Positions 12,020-23,400 of a stretch of DNA of 64,000 nt are shown in pieces. How positions within the stretch are numbered: the first letter of the stretch is position 1; each line of letters begins with the position of its first letter. The DNA comes from Octopus vulgaris (Eukaryota): contig OX597823.1 of assembly GCA_951406725.2 (NCBI GenBank), positions 108,624,001 to 108,688,000 on the forward strand, read 5' to 3'. The position numbers were made by a program, and so were the translations under genes. The notes beneath the pieces are model-generated. The model made no database searches, had not been told where the DNA came from, and saw nothing but the letters and a program-made list of their open reading frames with translations.

Positions 12020-12762
12020 ATGTTCTAACTTACTTTGGCTATTTACAGCAGTGCTTGGAAGGAAGGTGTGTAGCATGTGATCGTCGCATTGACCATGTCA
12101 GAGAGAGTTGAGCAGAGAATCTGCATCAGATCTTGCCAAAAGCTTGGCGATACCTGCTCAGAGGCCTATGCAAAGTTTTTGAAAAGTTTTCATCGTTCTT
12201 GACACAATCAAGATATTATGCTACTGAAACCTGATTGTCTTTTTGGTATGAGACACTCGTATCACACCCAAAGCTTCAGTGATAATGGACTGAACTGAAC
12301 TGTAACTAATCTGCACATCCTCTTGATAACTCACTGATGGTGATTCGACGATTTCTCCTCACAGCTGCATGCACATCTGCGATACTTTTCTCAGTTATGC
12401 TAGTTGTGTGTCTCAGAACGTTCGTCAATATCTACAGTTTTAACCATCTTTGAAACGTCTAAAACACTCGTACACTTGTGTGCGGCTCATACACTCCTCT
12501 CCATACACTTTCTTCAACTTTGTGTAGGCTTATGAACAGGTATCACCATAACAACTTTTCTGTTATGGTCAATGCTACAATCACACGCTACACACATTCC
12601 TTCCAAGCACTGCTGTAAACAGCAGAAGTAAGTTAAAACGTCAAAACTTAGTGCTCAGGAACAGCAGAGTTCAAAGTCAATCTCAGCCAAGTAGCTTTAC
12701 ACTGCATGCTTTAGCTTCGTTACTATGGCAGTAGTCTGGATACTTATAGATCAGATATCATA
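12020..12762. mobile_element. Mariner relic with inverted (foldback) 5' segments
   Basis: + strand gives MSERVEQRICIRSCQKLGDTCSEAYAK. - strand gives AYTKLKKVYGEECMSRTQVYECFRRFKDG...VRRNRRITISEL. TIR-like end near 12762. Confidence 0.75.
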
Positions 12763-13347
12763 GCTGATTATAGAATTACATACAGTTAAGTGTGTTTAAA
12801 AGATTATATGGGTAAAACTTACATATATGCCCATATAATATGATTTCCTGAAACACTTTATACATGGTTAGCTATAATGTCCCTAAATAAAGTTTTCTAT
12901 ATGGAAAAAAAAACATAATTGGGGGAAAATAACGTGAAGGTTTAACATAAAAACTTTTTTCTAATAATTAAACAGACATGTAATTACATCTCTTTTGTGT
13001 TTGTATATTTCCTTGGATAAAATGTCAATTACTTATAATTAAATAATGAAATATTTCAGTGCAATTATTTTCATGACAAAATTTGACATAGAAGTTCAGC
13101 TAGTTTATACATGAATCATGTATGTGATTGTTTAAACTCCTTTACAAATATAATTGGTATGATCCCACTTACTAAATGGGTATATAATCTTATATAAAGA
13201 TAGAATATTATAAGATAGATTTATTTCAGTAAATACTACCACCAACATGGTTAACCTTTAAATATATCACACAAGAACAATAAAAATATAGGCAAGATAT
13301 ATTGACCCCTAGACAATAAGATAGTACACAGAAAGTATATAAGTATA

Positions 13348-13754
13348 GGCGTAGGAGTGGCTGTGTGGTAAGTAGCTTGCTAACCAACCACATGGTTCCG
13401 GGTTCAGTCCCACTGCGTGGCATCTTGGGCAAGTGTCTTCTGCTATAGCCCCGGGCCGACCAATGCCTTGTGAGTGGATTTGGTGGACAGAAACTGAAAG
13501 AAGCCTGTCGTATATATGTATATATATATATGTGTGTGTGTGTTTGTGTATGTGTGTTTGTCCCCCTAGCATTGCTTGACAACCAATGCTGGTGTGTTTA
13601 CGTCCCTGTCACTTAGCGGTTCGGCAAAAAAGACTGATAGAATAAGTACTGGGCTTACAAAGAATAAGTCCCGGGGTCGATTTCCTCGACTAAAGGCGGT
13701 GCTCCAGCATGGCCGCAGTCAAATGACTGAAACAAGTAAAAGAGTAAAAGAGTA
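13348..13754 (+). mobile_element. SINE family A, full length
   Basis: Complete head, core and tail. Approximate TSD aagta(t/c)ataa. Confidence 0.92.
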
Positions 13755-15499
13755 AGTACATAAATAACAGAAGAATTTGACTATAAATATACATGATGAC
13801 AATACCAAGAATAACTATATCTGGTTTTCACATGATTTTTCAAAAGTTCACTATATGTGAGTTAGATATGATGTAACACCAGTTCAGTTTACATTTTTTA
13901 ACCAACCACATGCATCCAGAAATATTAACATCACCTCAGAACTCAAACACGAAATCATCATTTCTGTAATCTTTTATAAATGTCTGAAAGAAAAGTATGC
14001 ATTCCCATTAAAATAATTGGAATGTTAATGATTACACCAGTTTCAAATGATATGTATGGCTACCAAACAAGACCATCACCAGTGAATCTTAAACAATGAA
14101 GTCTTATACACATAAAATGTCCCCTTCTGTGGTCATGTTAATGAGGGATCCTTTATACTTTTGTTTGATCTACTAGAAATAGTGGTTCAAGCACCCTCAA
14201 ATTATATTCTTCACTATTTGAAAATGTAGTATTTAATGTAGAAAAATGGTGAGATGGTCATGGCTAGAAACTACAATATTTTGCTGATCTACTTTCTGGA
14301 ACTATACTTACAAGTAATAAATGGACAGAATGTAATATCAGGAATTTCTTATGCTGCCACATTACCCCAAAGAATAAAGGCTCCTTATTTGATTACATTT
14401 TCCAGCAATTCTAAAATATTCTTGATATCTACCTTCCCTAATTCTGTGTTCTGTATGTCTATTTAAGCAGATTTGAATCAGCCCTTCTACCAAAGCAGCA
14501 ATACAAACCACAAAGGGAGCATCTCCATGGTTAATGGACCTGCAAGAAATACCAACCAAATCTTCAACAAATCATAGTTTACAGTAACACAGCCCCATAT
14601 TGAATCATTTTTTGTTAAACAACACTTCAGTGTTTTATTAAAATGAATTTTCATAGAAAAATTTCATGAAAATATTTGTTCGCAAAATATTATAGCTATA
14701 GAACAATAGTAAATATACAATAAATCTTAATATAAAATAAGTGCTTTGGATCACAGATATATTCTTTAAATATAATATTTTGTAAAATAATTTTATCTAC
14801 AGGACAATTTTAAATATAGAATATTTAATATAAAATAAGTGCCAACAGTCCTAAATATAGAAATATTCTTTTTAATATAATATAAATAATACAGATGGCA
14901 ACAATTTTAAATAGGAAATATTTTTTACATTTGAGAACTTGTTGAAAAGCTGAAAGATGAACATTTACTTCAAGGTTCCATAGTTTATTTTGTAACCATG
15001 AGGTTTGGGCCTGTATGATTAAATTAATTCATGTACACATCTGCAGTGAATTAATTTTACACACACACACACATTCATGTACACATTTACCTTTGGAATA
15101 TAAATAGAAACCAATTGATTATTGTATACAAATTTTTAAATTGGATATTTTATTTTTTTCAAATTAAATTTTGGGATGGCAAATCTATTTTTATTTTTTA
15201 TCAATTTTTTTCTATTTTTAAAATTGTTTCATAGATAAAATTACTTTACAAAGGAATGAATTTAGAAAAATTTTGCCTGATAAACTGTTTCAAAGTTTGA
15301 TGTAAAGTAATTTCTTGAAGTGTAAATAGATAAAAAGTTATTTAATAAAAAGTAGTTCCATATAAAAAGAACATATTGGATGGTGTGGTTCTGTGCTGCT
15401 TGCTTACAGGAAAGCAAAGAGATGATCAGATATCTAATTAGTCTGCTTGATTATCAAACATGCAAACAATTTGATTATCTAAACAATAATAAGAGTCTC

Positions 15500-15690
15500 A
15501 CTGTGGTTGCTTGAAATAGCACTTTATTTTATTTAATTCATACCCTCAAATTTAAGAAAGTAAAAAAAATATTGTATACATAACTACATCAATATCTAAA
15601 AAAACATAAAAATAGGGAATAGTCACAGCTGGAACGTCTTTGACTATTGGTCGTTCAAGCAGGACTGACCAAGGGCTAAACAGCAAAATT
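15500..15690 (+). mobile_element. Ancient SINE-like family E, 3' portion (other relics at ~14160-14270, 21370-21490, 32370-32945, 50090-50290)
   Basis: Recurrent motifs ctagaaatagcagccaaat...ctcaaatcacac and ggtcacagctggaatgtctttga...ggctaaaca across several diverged copies. Confidence 0.55.
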
Positions 15691-15761
15691 TGTTTCAATA
15701 TATAATTTTATGTGAAGAATGAGCTTGCAAACCATATACCGACATGATATATATATATATA

Positions 15762-15992
15762 TATTTCTTTACTACCCACAAGGGGCTAAACACAGAGGGG
15801 ACAAACAAGGACAGACAAACGGATTAAGTCGATTACATCGACCAAAGTGCATAACTGGTACTTAATTTATCGACCTCGAAAGGATGAAAGGCAAAGTCAA
15901 CCTCGGCAGAGTTTGAACTCAGAACATAACAGCAGACGAAATACGGCTACGCATTTCGTCCGGCATGCTAACGTTTCTGCCAGCTCACCACC
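15762..15992 (-). mobile_element. tRNA-derived SINE family C
   Basis: Sense strand ggtggtgagctggcagaaacgttagc...gagttcaaa...gactttgcctttcatcctttc...tagtaaagaaata. Homologous to 34874-35100 and 50567-51140. Confidence 0.9.
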
Positions 15993-16659
15993 TTTATATA
16001 TATATATATATGTATGTGTGTATATATATATATATATATGTATGTACATACATATGTACATACATGCATATGTGTGTGAGTGTGTGTATATATCTTTTCC
16101 TGTCTCAAATTGATTATTATAACAACTAATATCACCATAAAGATATACATTTGTATACATGTCTGTGTGCACATGTGTGTAGGTGTGGTGTATTTATGTA
16201 TTCATGTATGTATCAATGTATGCATGTGTGTGCGTATGTCTATGTGTGATATCAAGTCTAAGTCCATATATCATACCAAATCCTACATGGCTGATGGATA
16301 TCATTCAGTATATCACATGCAAGATATACTTCAGGATTTTGCCAAAAGTTGTTAGTAATTGCTTTTAGCAAATATACTTCTGATAAACTGAAGCAAAATT
16401 CTTCCTTTTTTTTTTTCCTTCTGTATTTTTGGTTTATTTTCTCTTGCTTTTACCGTAATTTTTCTTATACTTTGTATGAGAAGTTTAGCGTATCTTTTCG
16501 CTAACTGCCAACCGAATGAATGAAATATTGGAGCCCTAAGTCGTTTAATCGAAAGATGCTTGGTGAAAGAATTGCATATTGATTGAAAAAAGAAACAAAA
16601 ATAAATGAATGAATAAATAATAAAGAAAATAAAAGATGATAAAATACATAAATAAAAAT

Positions 16660-17170
16660 TGTTCATCATCATCACCATCGTCATTATCATCATCATCATT
16701 ATTCTTTTATTTCTTTTTTTATCATCTTGCACATCATCTTTTGTCATTCTTTTCTCAAGCATCCTCATCATTACCAGTACCATCGTTGTCATCATTATGA
16801 CGAAAATCCCCTAACCTTATTCATGGTCATTTTTATTTTCATTAATGCTATTCTCATCATCAGCATCATCATCACTGTTATTGTCAGTAGCAGTATTGTT
16901 GTTATTGCAGTTGTCATTGTAATCATCATCATTATAATCATCATCACCATTATCATCACCACTCTCGTTGTCATTGTCATCATCATTGCCCTCCTCCTCG
17001 TTGTCCTCATCGTAATCATCACCGTCATCACAGTTGTCATCTCCGTTGTCATCATCATCATCGTCGCTGTCATCATCTCCGTCATTGTATTTGTTGTCAT
17101 CACCACTACCATCATCATCATCATTGTAGTGTCGTTATTGTGATGATCACCATTATCATCATTATCATCT
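16660..17170. repeat. Degenerate (CAT/CAC/TGT)n trinucleotide tract
   Basis: Read directly. Confidence 0.85.
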
Positions 17171-18399
17171 CCCTTGTTTCCACCACCCGCCCACCATCCT
17201 CAACCTTATTTCCAGTCCATCATATCCTGGAAGGGTAACCATAAAATAAAACAAATATTTATTCATTTACTCATTCATCTACAGATCTCTGAACAAAAGT
17301 GCTCCAACACTCTTCCCCATCACCACTGTCATCATGGGTGACTCCCCCACGATCTCTGTCCTTTCAACCAGTTACAACAGAACATCCCCTTCTTAAAAAC
17401 CTGTTGAAATACCAATTGATCTAATCTCTCTCATTTTACCCATGTCAGTTACCTTCCACACACTGCTTACCAAAATATTTGACTCTTTCATAAAGGAGAC
17501 TACAATAAATCCTTCCTGACCAACCTAGTAATACCTTTTAAAGATTTAAAATGCATCATTAATTTGCATCTATTGTCAATTAAATTTTTGTTATTCTGCA
17601 TTCTAGGGGACAGGAAATTTCCAGTACGTTCTTTCTGCACCCACTTACTTAAATGCTGGTAGAAGACATAACCAATGTATGGTTGCTCAATCTGCAAGAA
17701 ATAGTAACCATATCAGTATCAAATTACAGAGTACCATTCTGAGGTACACTGAATATGTAGATCCATATATATAAATATCTGATCTTTCTTTCTAGGTTCA
17801 GCCATCGTCCGCACAACATCGATATTCCTCTCTGTGCCTGTGAAATCTTGTATCCCTGTCATAAGGCTTCATTTCCACACATGTCAGCTTAATTCAATTC
17901 GTCCTTAGTCGAAAGACACCTGTTGTTATGTCCTGTTATTATTTTTTTTGTATTTATGTAACATTCTCCGTTTTTTTTCCGTCCTTGTATTTGTATATAT
18001 TCACTGCTTTCTTCCAAGGAATCTAATGCTCTTAGCTTACTTTTATCTTTGGGCTGGCCAGGTTGGAGCAATCTCAAGTATAACTAGCTGAAATTGCAAA
18101 GATAATCTGGAACTTGACTGAGGAAAGAAATCTCTGAATTACTCATCCTTGTTTTCTTTGTATCGTCTATCTGGATGTTTTGCGTTCTTGTCCCATTTTG
18201 TATTTTATATATATAGAAGTAAATATATGGTACAACGAAGTACCGATATTTACTGGAAAATAGCGAACATAATAATACGACGCTAATGTATAGCTTCACT
18301 GCGTATGTACTAGCAAAAATGCGTGTGTGCAACAAACTTGAAAAAATTGTCTTACCTCCAGGGAGAACATCTGAAAGATGAAATACCTAGAAAGGGATA

Positions 18400-18474
18400 A
18401 TATGGTACCGGTTTCAGATTTTTCAAGATATGTCTGCACATATATACTTGATTTATCTTCATCAGCCAACATAT
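18400..18474 (-). ncRNA. Type I hammerhead ribozyme with extended stem II (Penelope-like pseudo-LTR, ~18220-18540)
   Basis: Minus strand UAUGUUGG-CUGAUGA-AGAU[...UCAAG...CUUGA...]AUCU-GAAAC-CG-GUA|CCAUAU. Core intact, stem III palindromic (ACCGGU). Confidence 0.8.
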
Positions 18475-19160
18475 ACCTCGACGACATTTCAAATGTTGCC
18501 ACATCAATGCCAATACACTCGACTGAAACGCCAAAACGCTGTGTGTGTGTGTGTGTGTAATGTATAGAAAATAGATATTGTATTCAATGCTTTGCTTTCC
18601 TGTTGGAATATCGTTGCTTATTGAGGACTGACTTTGAACTGTACAACACCTCTAATGAAAACTTCTTTGTGATATTTGGACTTTTCATGGAGCCATTAAT
18701 GCACTTTTCTATCTGTTCTGTCATAGCATATCCTGGAAAATTGCATGCCTTTTGTTTTTGTTTACCCAAAGTGCCTTCCTGATGTAACAGATTGATAACC
18801 AAAAGATATTCCAACTGTAATCTTCCCTTTTTGTCATTTCACTTTTTAGTTTAATGGAAATTTGACTGCTATTTCTAGCAGACTGAACAAACACATTGAG
18901 CAACAGTCTCATGTTTGTAAATAATTCTGTCTGACCCTATTTTTAATAATAAAAAAAGAGACAATGAGAAAAGCATAAAAAAACATTTAATATTTTCTAA
19001 GACAATTTATTCTTTGTCTTTCTTTGTTCATTTTTCTTTCTTTTTCTTCCAGGAGTGGAAAATGTAGAAAAGGGAAAAGTGTATATCCCTCAGTTTTGGA
19101 TATTATATACCTTATAGTCTTAAAAGTTTTGGAAACTATAGTCTTATAACTTTTGTAGCT

Positions 19161-20483
19161 TACTCTCTCTTTTACTTTTTTACTTGATTCTGTCATTTGA
19201 GTGTGGCCATGCTGGAGCACCACCTTTTAGTCGAGCAAATCGACCCCAGGACTTATTCTTTGTAAGCTTAGTACTTATTCTATCAGCCTCTTTTACCAAA
19301 CTGCTAAGTTATGGGGATGTAAACACACCAGCATCGGTTATCAAGTGATGTTGGAAGGGGGGGGACAAACACAGACACATAAACATACACGTACATATAC
19401 ATATACATATATATATATATATACATCATCATCGTTTAGCGTCCGCTTTCCATGCTAGCATGGGTTGGACGGTTCAACTGAGGTCTGGGAAGCCAGAAGG
19501 CTGCACCAGGCCCAGTCTGATCTGGCAATGTTTCTATGGCTGGATGCCCTTCCTAAAGCCAACCACTCCATGAGTGTAGTGGGTGCTTTTTACGTGCCAG
19601 ACGAGGCTGGCAAACGGCCACGATCGGAAGGTACTTTTTACGTGCCACCGGCACGAGGCCAGTTGGGGCGGCGTTGGCAATGGCCACGTTCAGATGGTTC
19701 TCTTACGTACCACCGGCACTGGTATTACAGCTGCAATTTCCATTGATGTTGATCGATTTTGATTTTGATTTGGATTTTCACTTGCCTCAACAGGTCTTCA
19801 CAAGTAGAGTTTTGTGTCCCAAGAAGGAAAGGTATGCATAAGTGGACTGGCTACATCCCATGTAGAGGCCACAGGTTATGGTCTCACTTGTCCTGCCGGG
19901 TCTTCTTACGGACAGCATACTTCCAAAGGTCTCGGTCTCTAGTAATTTTTCGGTGAGACCAAAGTTTGAAGGTCATGCTTCACCACCTCGTCCCAGGTTT
20001 TCCTGGGTCTGCCTCTTCCACAGGTTCCCTCAACCGCTAGGGTGTGGCACTTTTTCACACAATTATCTTCATCCATTCTTGCCACATGTCCATACCAGTG
20101 CAAACGTCTCTCTTGCACACCACAACTGATGCTTCTTAAGTCCAACTTTTCTCTCAAGGTACTTACACTCTGTCGAGTATGAACACTGACATTACACATC
20201 CATCGGAGCATACTGGCTTCATTTCTTGCGAGCTTATACATATCCTCAGCAGTCATGGCCCATGTTTCACTGCCATGTAGCATGACTGTTCGTACACATG
20301 CGTCATACAGTCTGCCTATATGACAGGCTTCTTTCAGTTTCCATCTACCAAATCCACTCACAAGGCTTTGGTCAGCCCGAGCCTATAGTAAAAGACACTT
20401 GCCCTAGGTGCCACGCAGTGGGACTGAACCCGGAACCATGTGGTTTGTAAGCCAGCTACTTACCACACAGCTACTCCTATGCC
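19161..20483 (-). mobile_element. SINE family A split by a nested RTE LINE insertion
   Basis: 3' half at 19161-19423 and 5' half at 20317-20483. Confidence 0.88.
19424..20316 (-). mobile_element. 5'-truncated RTE-clade LINE (ORF C-terminus, 3' UTR and (GAT)n tail)
   Basis: LYDACVRTVMLHGSETW...RRLHWYGHVARM...GRGRPRKTW is typical of the RTE C-terminal region. It is continuous with the tail family seen across the window. Confidence 0.88.
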
Positions 20484-20504
20484 TATATGTTATAGTTTTA
20501 TTGC

Positions 20505-20770
20505 ACAAGGACGAGTATATACCTTTCAGTTGAGGCCTGAATGTAGCCTATAGCCATGTTATAAGGAATAGTGTATTCCACAGTAGTGGGCTTTATGTAG
20601 CCTTTCGTTTGTTACATATAGAATGGTGTATATTACACAGTTGCCACATTTAAGCAGCCTATAGCCTTTTGTATAAAGTAACCCTGGGATTGTGCCATTT
20701 ATGTTACCTATCGTCTATTGTATAAAGAATAGTGTACAACCTTCAACTTTGTAATTTATGCAGCCTGTAT
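20505..20770. repeat. Degenerate ~55 bp tandem repeat, about 5 copies
   Basis: atgtagcct-like anchor at 20541, 20595, 20652, 20701 and 20758. Confidence 0.6.
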
Positions 20771-21133
20771 TGTGCAATATATAATCAGGAAACCAGCAAA
20801 CTATAGTGGTCTACTATAAGCAGTAATTTAATCCATAAAAGTCTTTAGAGAGAAAAATAAACGTTTAGACTAAAATCAAGGTTGAATAACTCCATTAAAT
20901 TTTATCTATAAAAATCTATGGGTTATAGTATAACAATCATAAACAGTTGTTTTTCATTAAATGCTTTAAAAGTAAAAGGTTTTGCATTTGCAACCTTTTG
21001 AGAAATATACTGTGACCCAGTTTAGCTCATGACCCATGAGTTTAGGAATGTTTGATCATGATAGATCAAGTAATTGTAGATGAGTATCCTCAATCAGTCA
21101 GGAGTAGTCAAGGGGACTTTAGTCATGCATATT

Positions 21134-21347
21134 CTTTTCTACTCTAGGCACAAGACCTGAAATTTTGGGGGGAGGGGCCGGTCGATTAGAACGGCTCCAG
21201 TATGCAACTGGTACTTAATTTATTGACCCTAAAAGGATGAAAGACAAAGTCGACATCAGTGGAATTTGAACTCAGAATGTAAAGACAGATGAAATGCTGC
21301 TAAGCATTTTGCCCAGCATGCTAACAATTCTGCCAGCTTGCTGCCTT
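21134..21347 (-). mobile_element. SINE family C, subfamily with alternative 3' end
   Basis: Family C head and core. 12 bp TSD gtcatgcatatt at 21122-21133 and 21348-21359. Confidence 0.85.
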
Positions 21348-21845
21348 GTCATGCATATTGCCAATCTGGGGACATTTTTGAGGGAGACTTTGGCTGCTAC
21401 ATTGAACAAAAGGGACGACTCAAACAACGTTAGTGAACGAGGGAACCAGATTCTGTTTGAAGTAGCAGCCAAATAACCTTCAAATCACACTTCACTTGGA
21501 GTAAACCAACAATAAGAAGCACAAGAAACATCAAAGGAGATCTTTGTGTTTCACATGCTTTTATATAATATAGAATGTTTAGAATCTAAATTTGTTTTTC
21601 TATAAAAATCTAGTGGTTGCTTACACAGCTTCTTTGCATTCCAGTCTTCTGAAAATTCAGATCTTTGTTGTCTTATTTTCATTTCCATTGCTTAAGTAAT
21701 GAGAGTATATGCATGGATTTATATGTATGCATGTATGTATGTGCATATGTGTGTATATATGTGTGTATATATGTGTAAGTATGTATGTGCGTTTGTATGT
21801 TTCTATTTATGTATAATGTGTATGCACATACATACACACACACAC

Positions 21846-21894
<49 letters not shown>

Positions 21895-22267
21895 TACAAT
21901 TCATGTATATGTATAAGGATGTATGTATATGTACCTCCTTACACACACACACATGCACATACGCATATATTGCATCCATTAAATTCATCTTTATTTTAAA
22001 AGTCTTTGTAATTTGGCATGGGTTGGGCAAGTGTACAAGTTTATAACATATAGGCATGTGTGTGTGAGTGTGTGTATATATAAGTTTCATCATCACATCT
22101 ATAAAATCACAAAATTTTTGTGTTTGATCTCATTAATCTTTCCAAGTCCTACCCACTTTGCCCCGACTGTCATTTTCTCCTTCAACAACTTAGCTTTATC
22201 TAATATCTATCATTCAGTTGCATTGTTTTTTTTTACCAACATAACAAATATATATATATATATATAT

Positions 22268-22309
<42 letters not shown>

Positions 22310-22404
22310 CTTGTGTATACATGTATATACATACACAGAACGGTTTTACACACACACATATATGTCTATGTATATTTATATGTATGGTGCTATATATATA
22401 TATA

Positions 22405-22453
<49 letters not shown>

Positions 22454-22482
22454 GCATGTATGTATGTATGTATGTATTGGTA

Positions 22483-22948
22483 GGTGCAGGTGTGGCTGTG
22501 TGGTAAGAGGCTTGCTTCCCCAAAACATAGTTCTGGGTTCAATCTCACTCTGTGGCACCTTTGGCCAACCAGAATCTTGTGAGTAGATTTGCTAGAGAGG
22601 AAATTGAAGGAAGGCCATCATATATACCTACATCTAAATGGTGCTCCAGCAAGGCCACAGTCAAATGACTGAAACAAGTAAAAGGTAAAAGGCAAAAGAA
22701 TCTATCTATCTTTTTGTCTATGTATGTGTTACAGTCTCCTTATCTTAACATCACTTGACAGTTGTAAACAAGTGTCATTGTCATGCAAGCAGTGTCCTTC
22801 CTATGAAAATACGTCTGGTCATGAGACTTCGAAACAGGTGTAAGGGTTGGTGACAGGAAAAGTATCTGGCCAGAGAAAATTTGCCTCAAAACATTCTGTC
22901 TGACCCATGCAAGCATGGAAAAGTAGTTGTTAAGTAACGATGATGATG
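22483..22948 (+). mobile_element. Old SINE with family-A-like head and RTE-derived 3' tail, plus a nested short family A tail (22638-22700)
   Basis: Head ggtgcaggtgtggctgtgtggtaag. End gacccatgcaagcatggaaaag...(gat)n. Confidence 0.65.
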
Positions 22949-22953
22949 GTGGT

Positions 22954-22997
<44 letters not shown>

Positions 22998-23400
22998 TAC
23001 CTATGTACTGTGTATGCGTTTATTTTAGCATCTGTCATTTATTATTGATCTTCTATAAAAATGAAGCTATATCCCTTAATTTGCTACTTTTCTATACACA
23101 AACTGAAAAGATATCTTGTGAAACAGTCGTTGTTTTAATGTGATTCATCTTGCAATCACCTGGAGAGACACATCTATACCAACGGATACTCTTAAATCAA
23201 TTGTTAAGTATACCACCTGTATTAAATCTGCTAGTGTAGCTAGGGCAGGAGGCGGTAGGGGTGGTCCACATCAGATGGCACTTTAGCTACGTTAGTGGTT
23301 GAATCGATGCTAGATGGGTTGAAACAATTGTAGTGATTAAGAAACATGCTTGTATCTTCCATCTGCCATCTCTTACATTAATCATATATATATATATATA

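Noticed and set aside
14362-14559. Short non-repetitive minus-strand ORF with a ttcttgcag acceptor (similar case at 17500-17697)
   Set aside because: No recognisable protein similarity and no consistent multi-exon frame.
20785-21057. Possible hAT-type MITE
   Set aside because: The terminal repeats are too degenerate and no TSD is identifiable.
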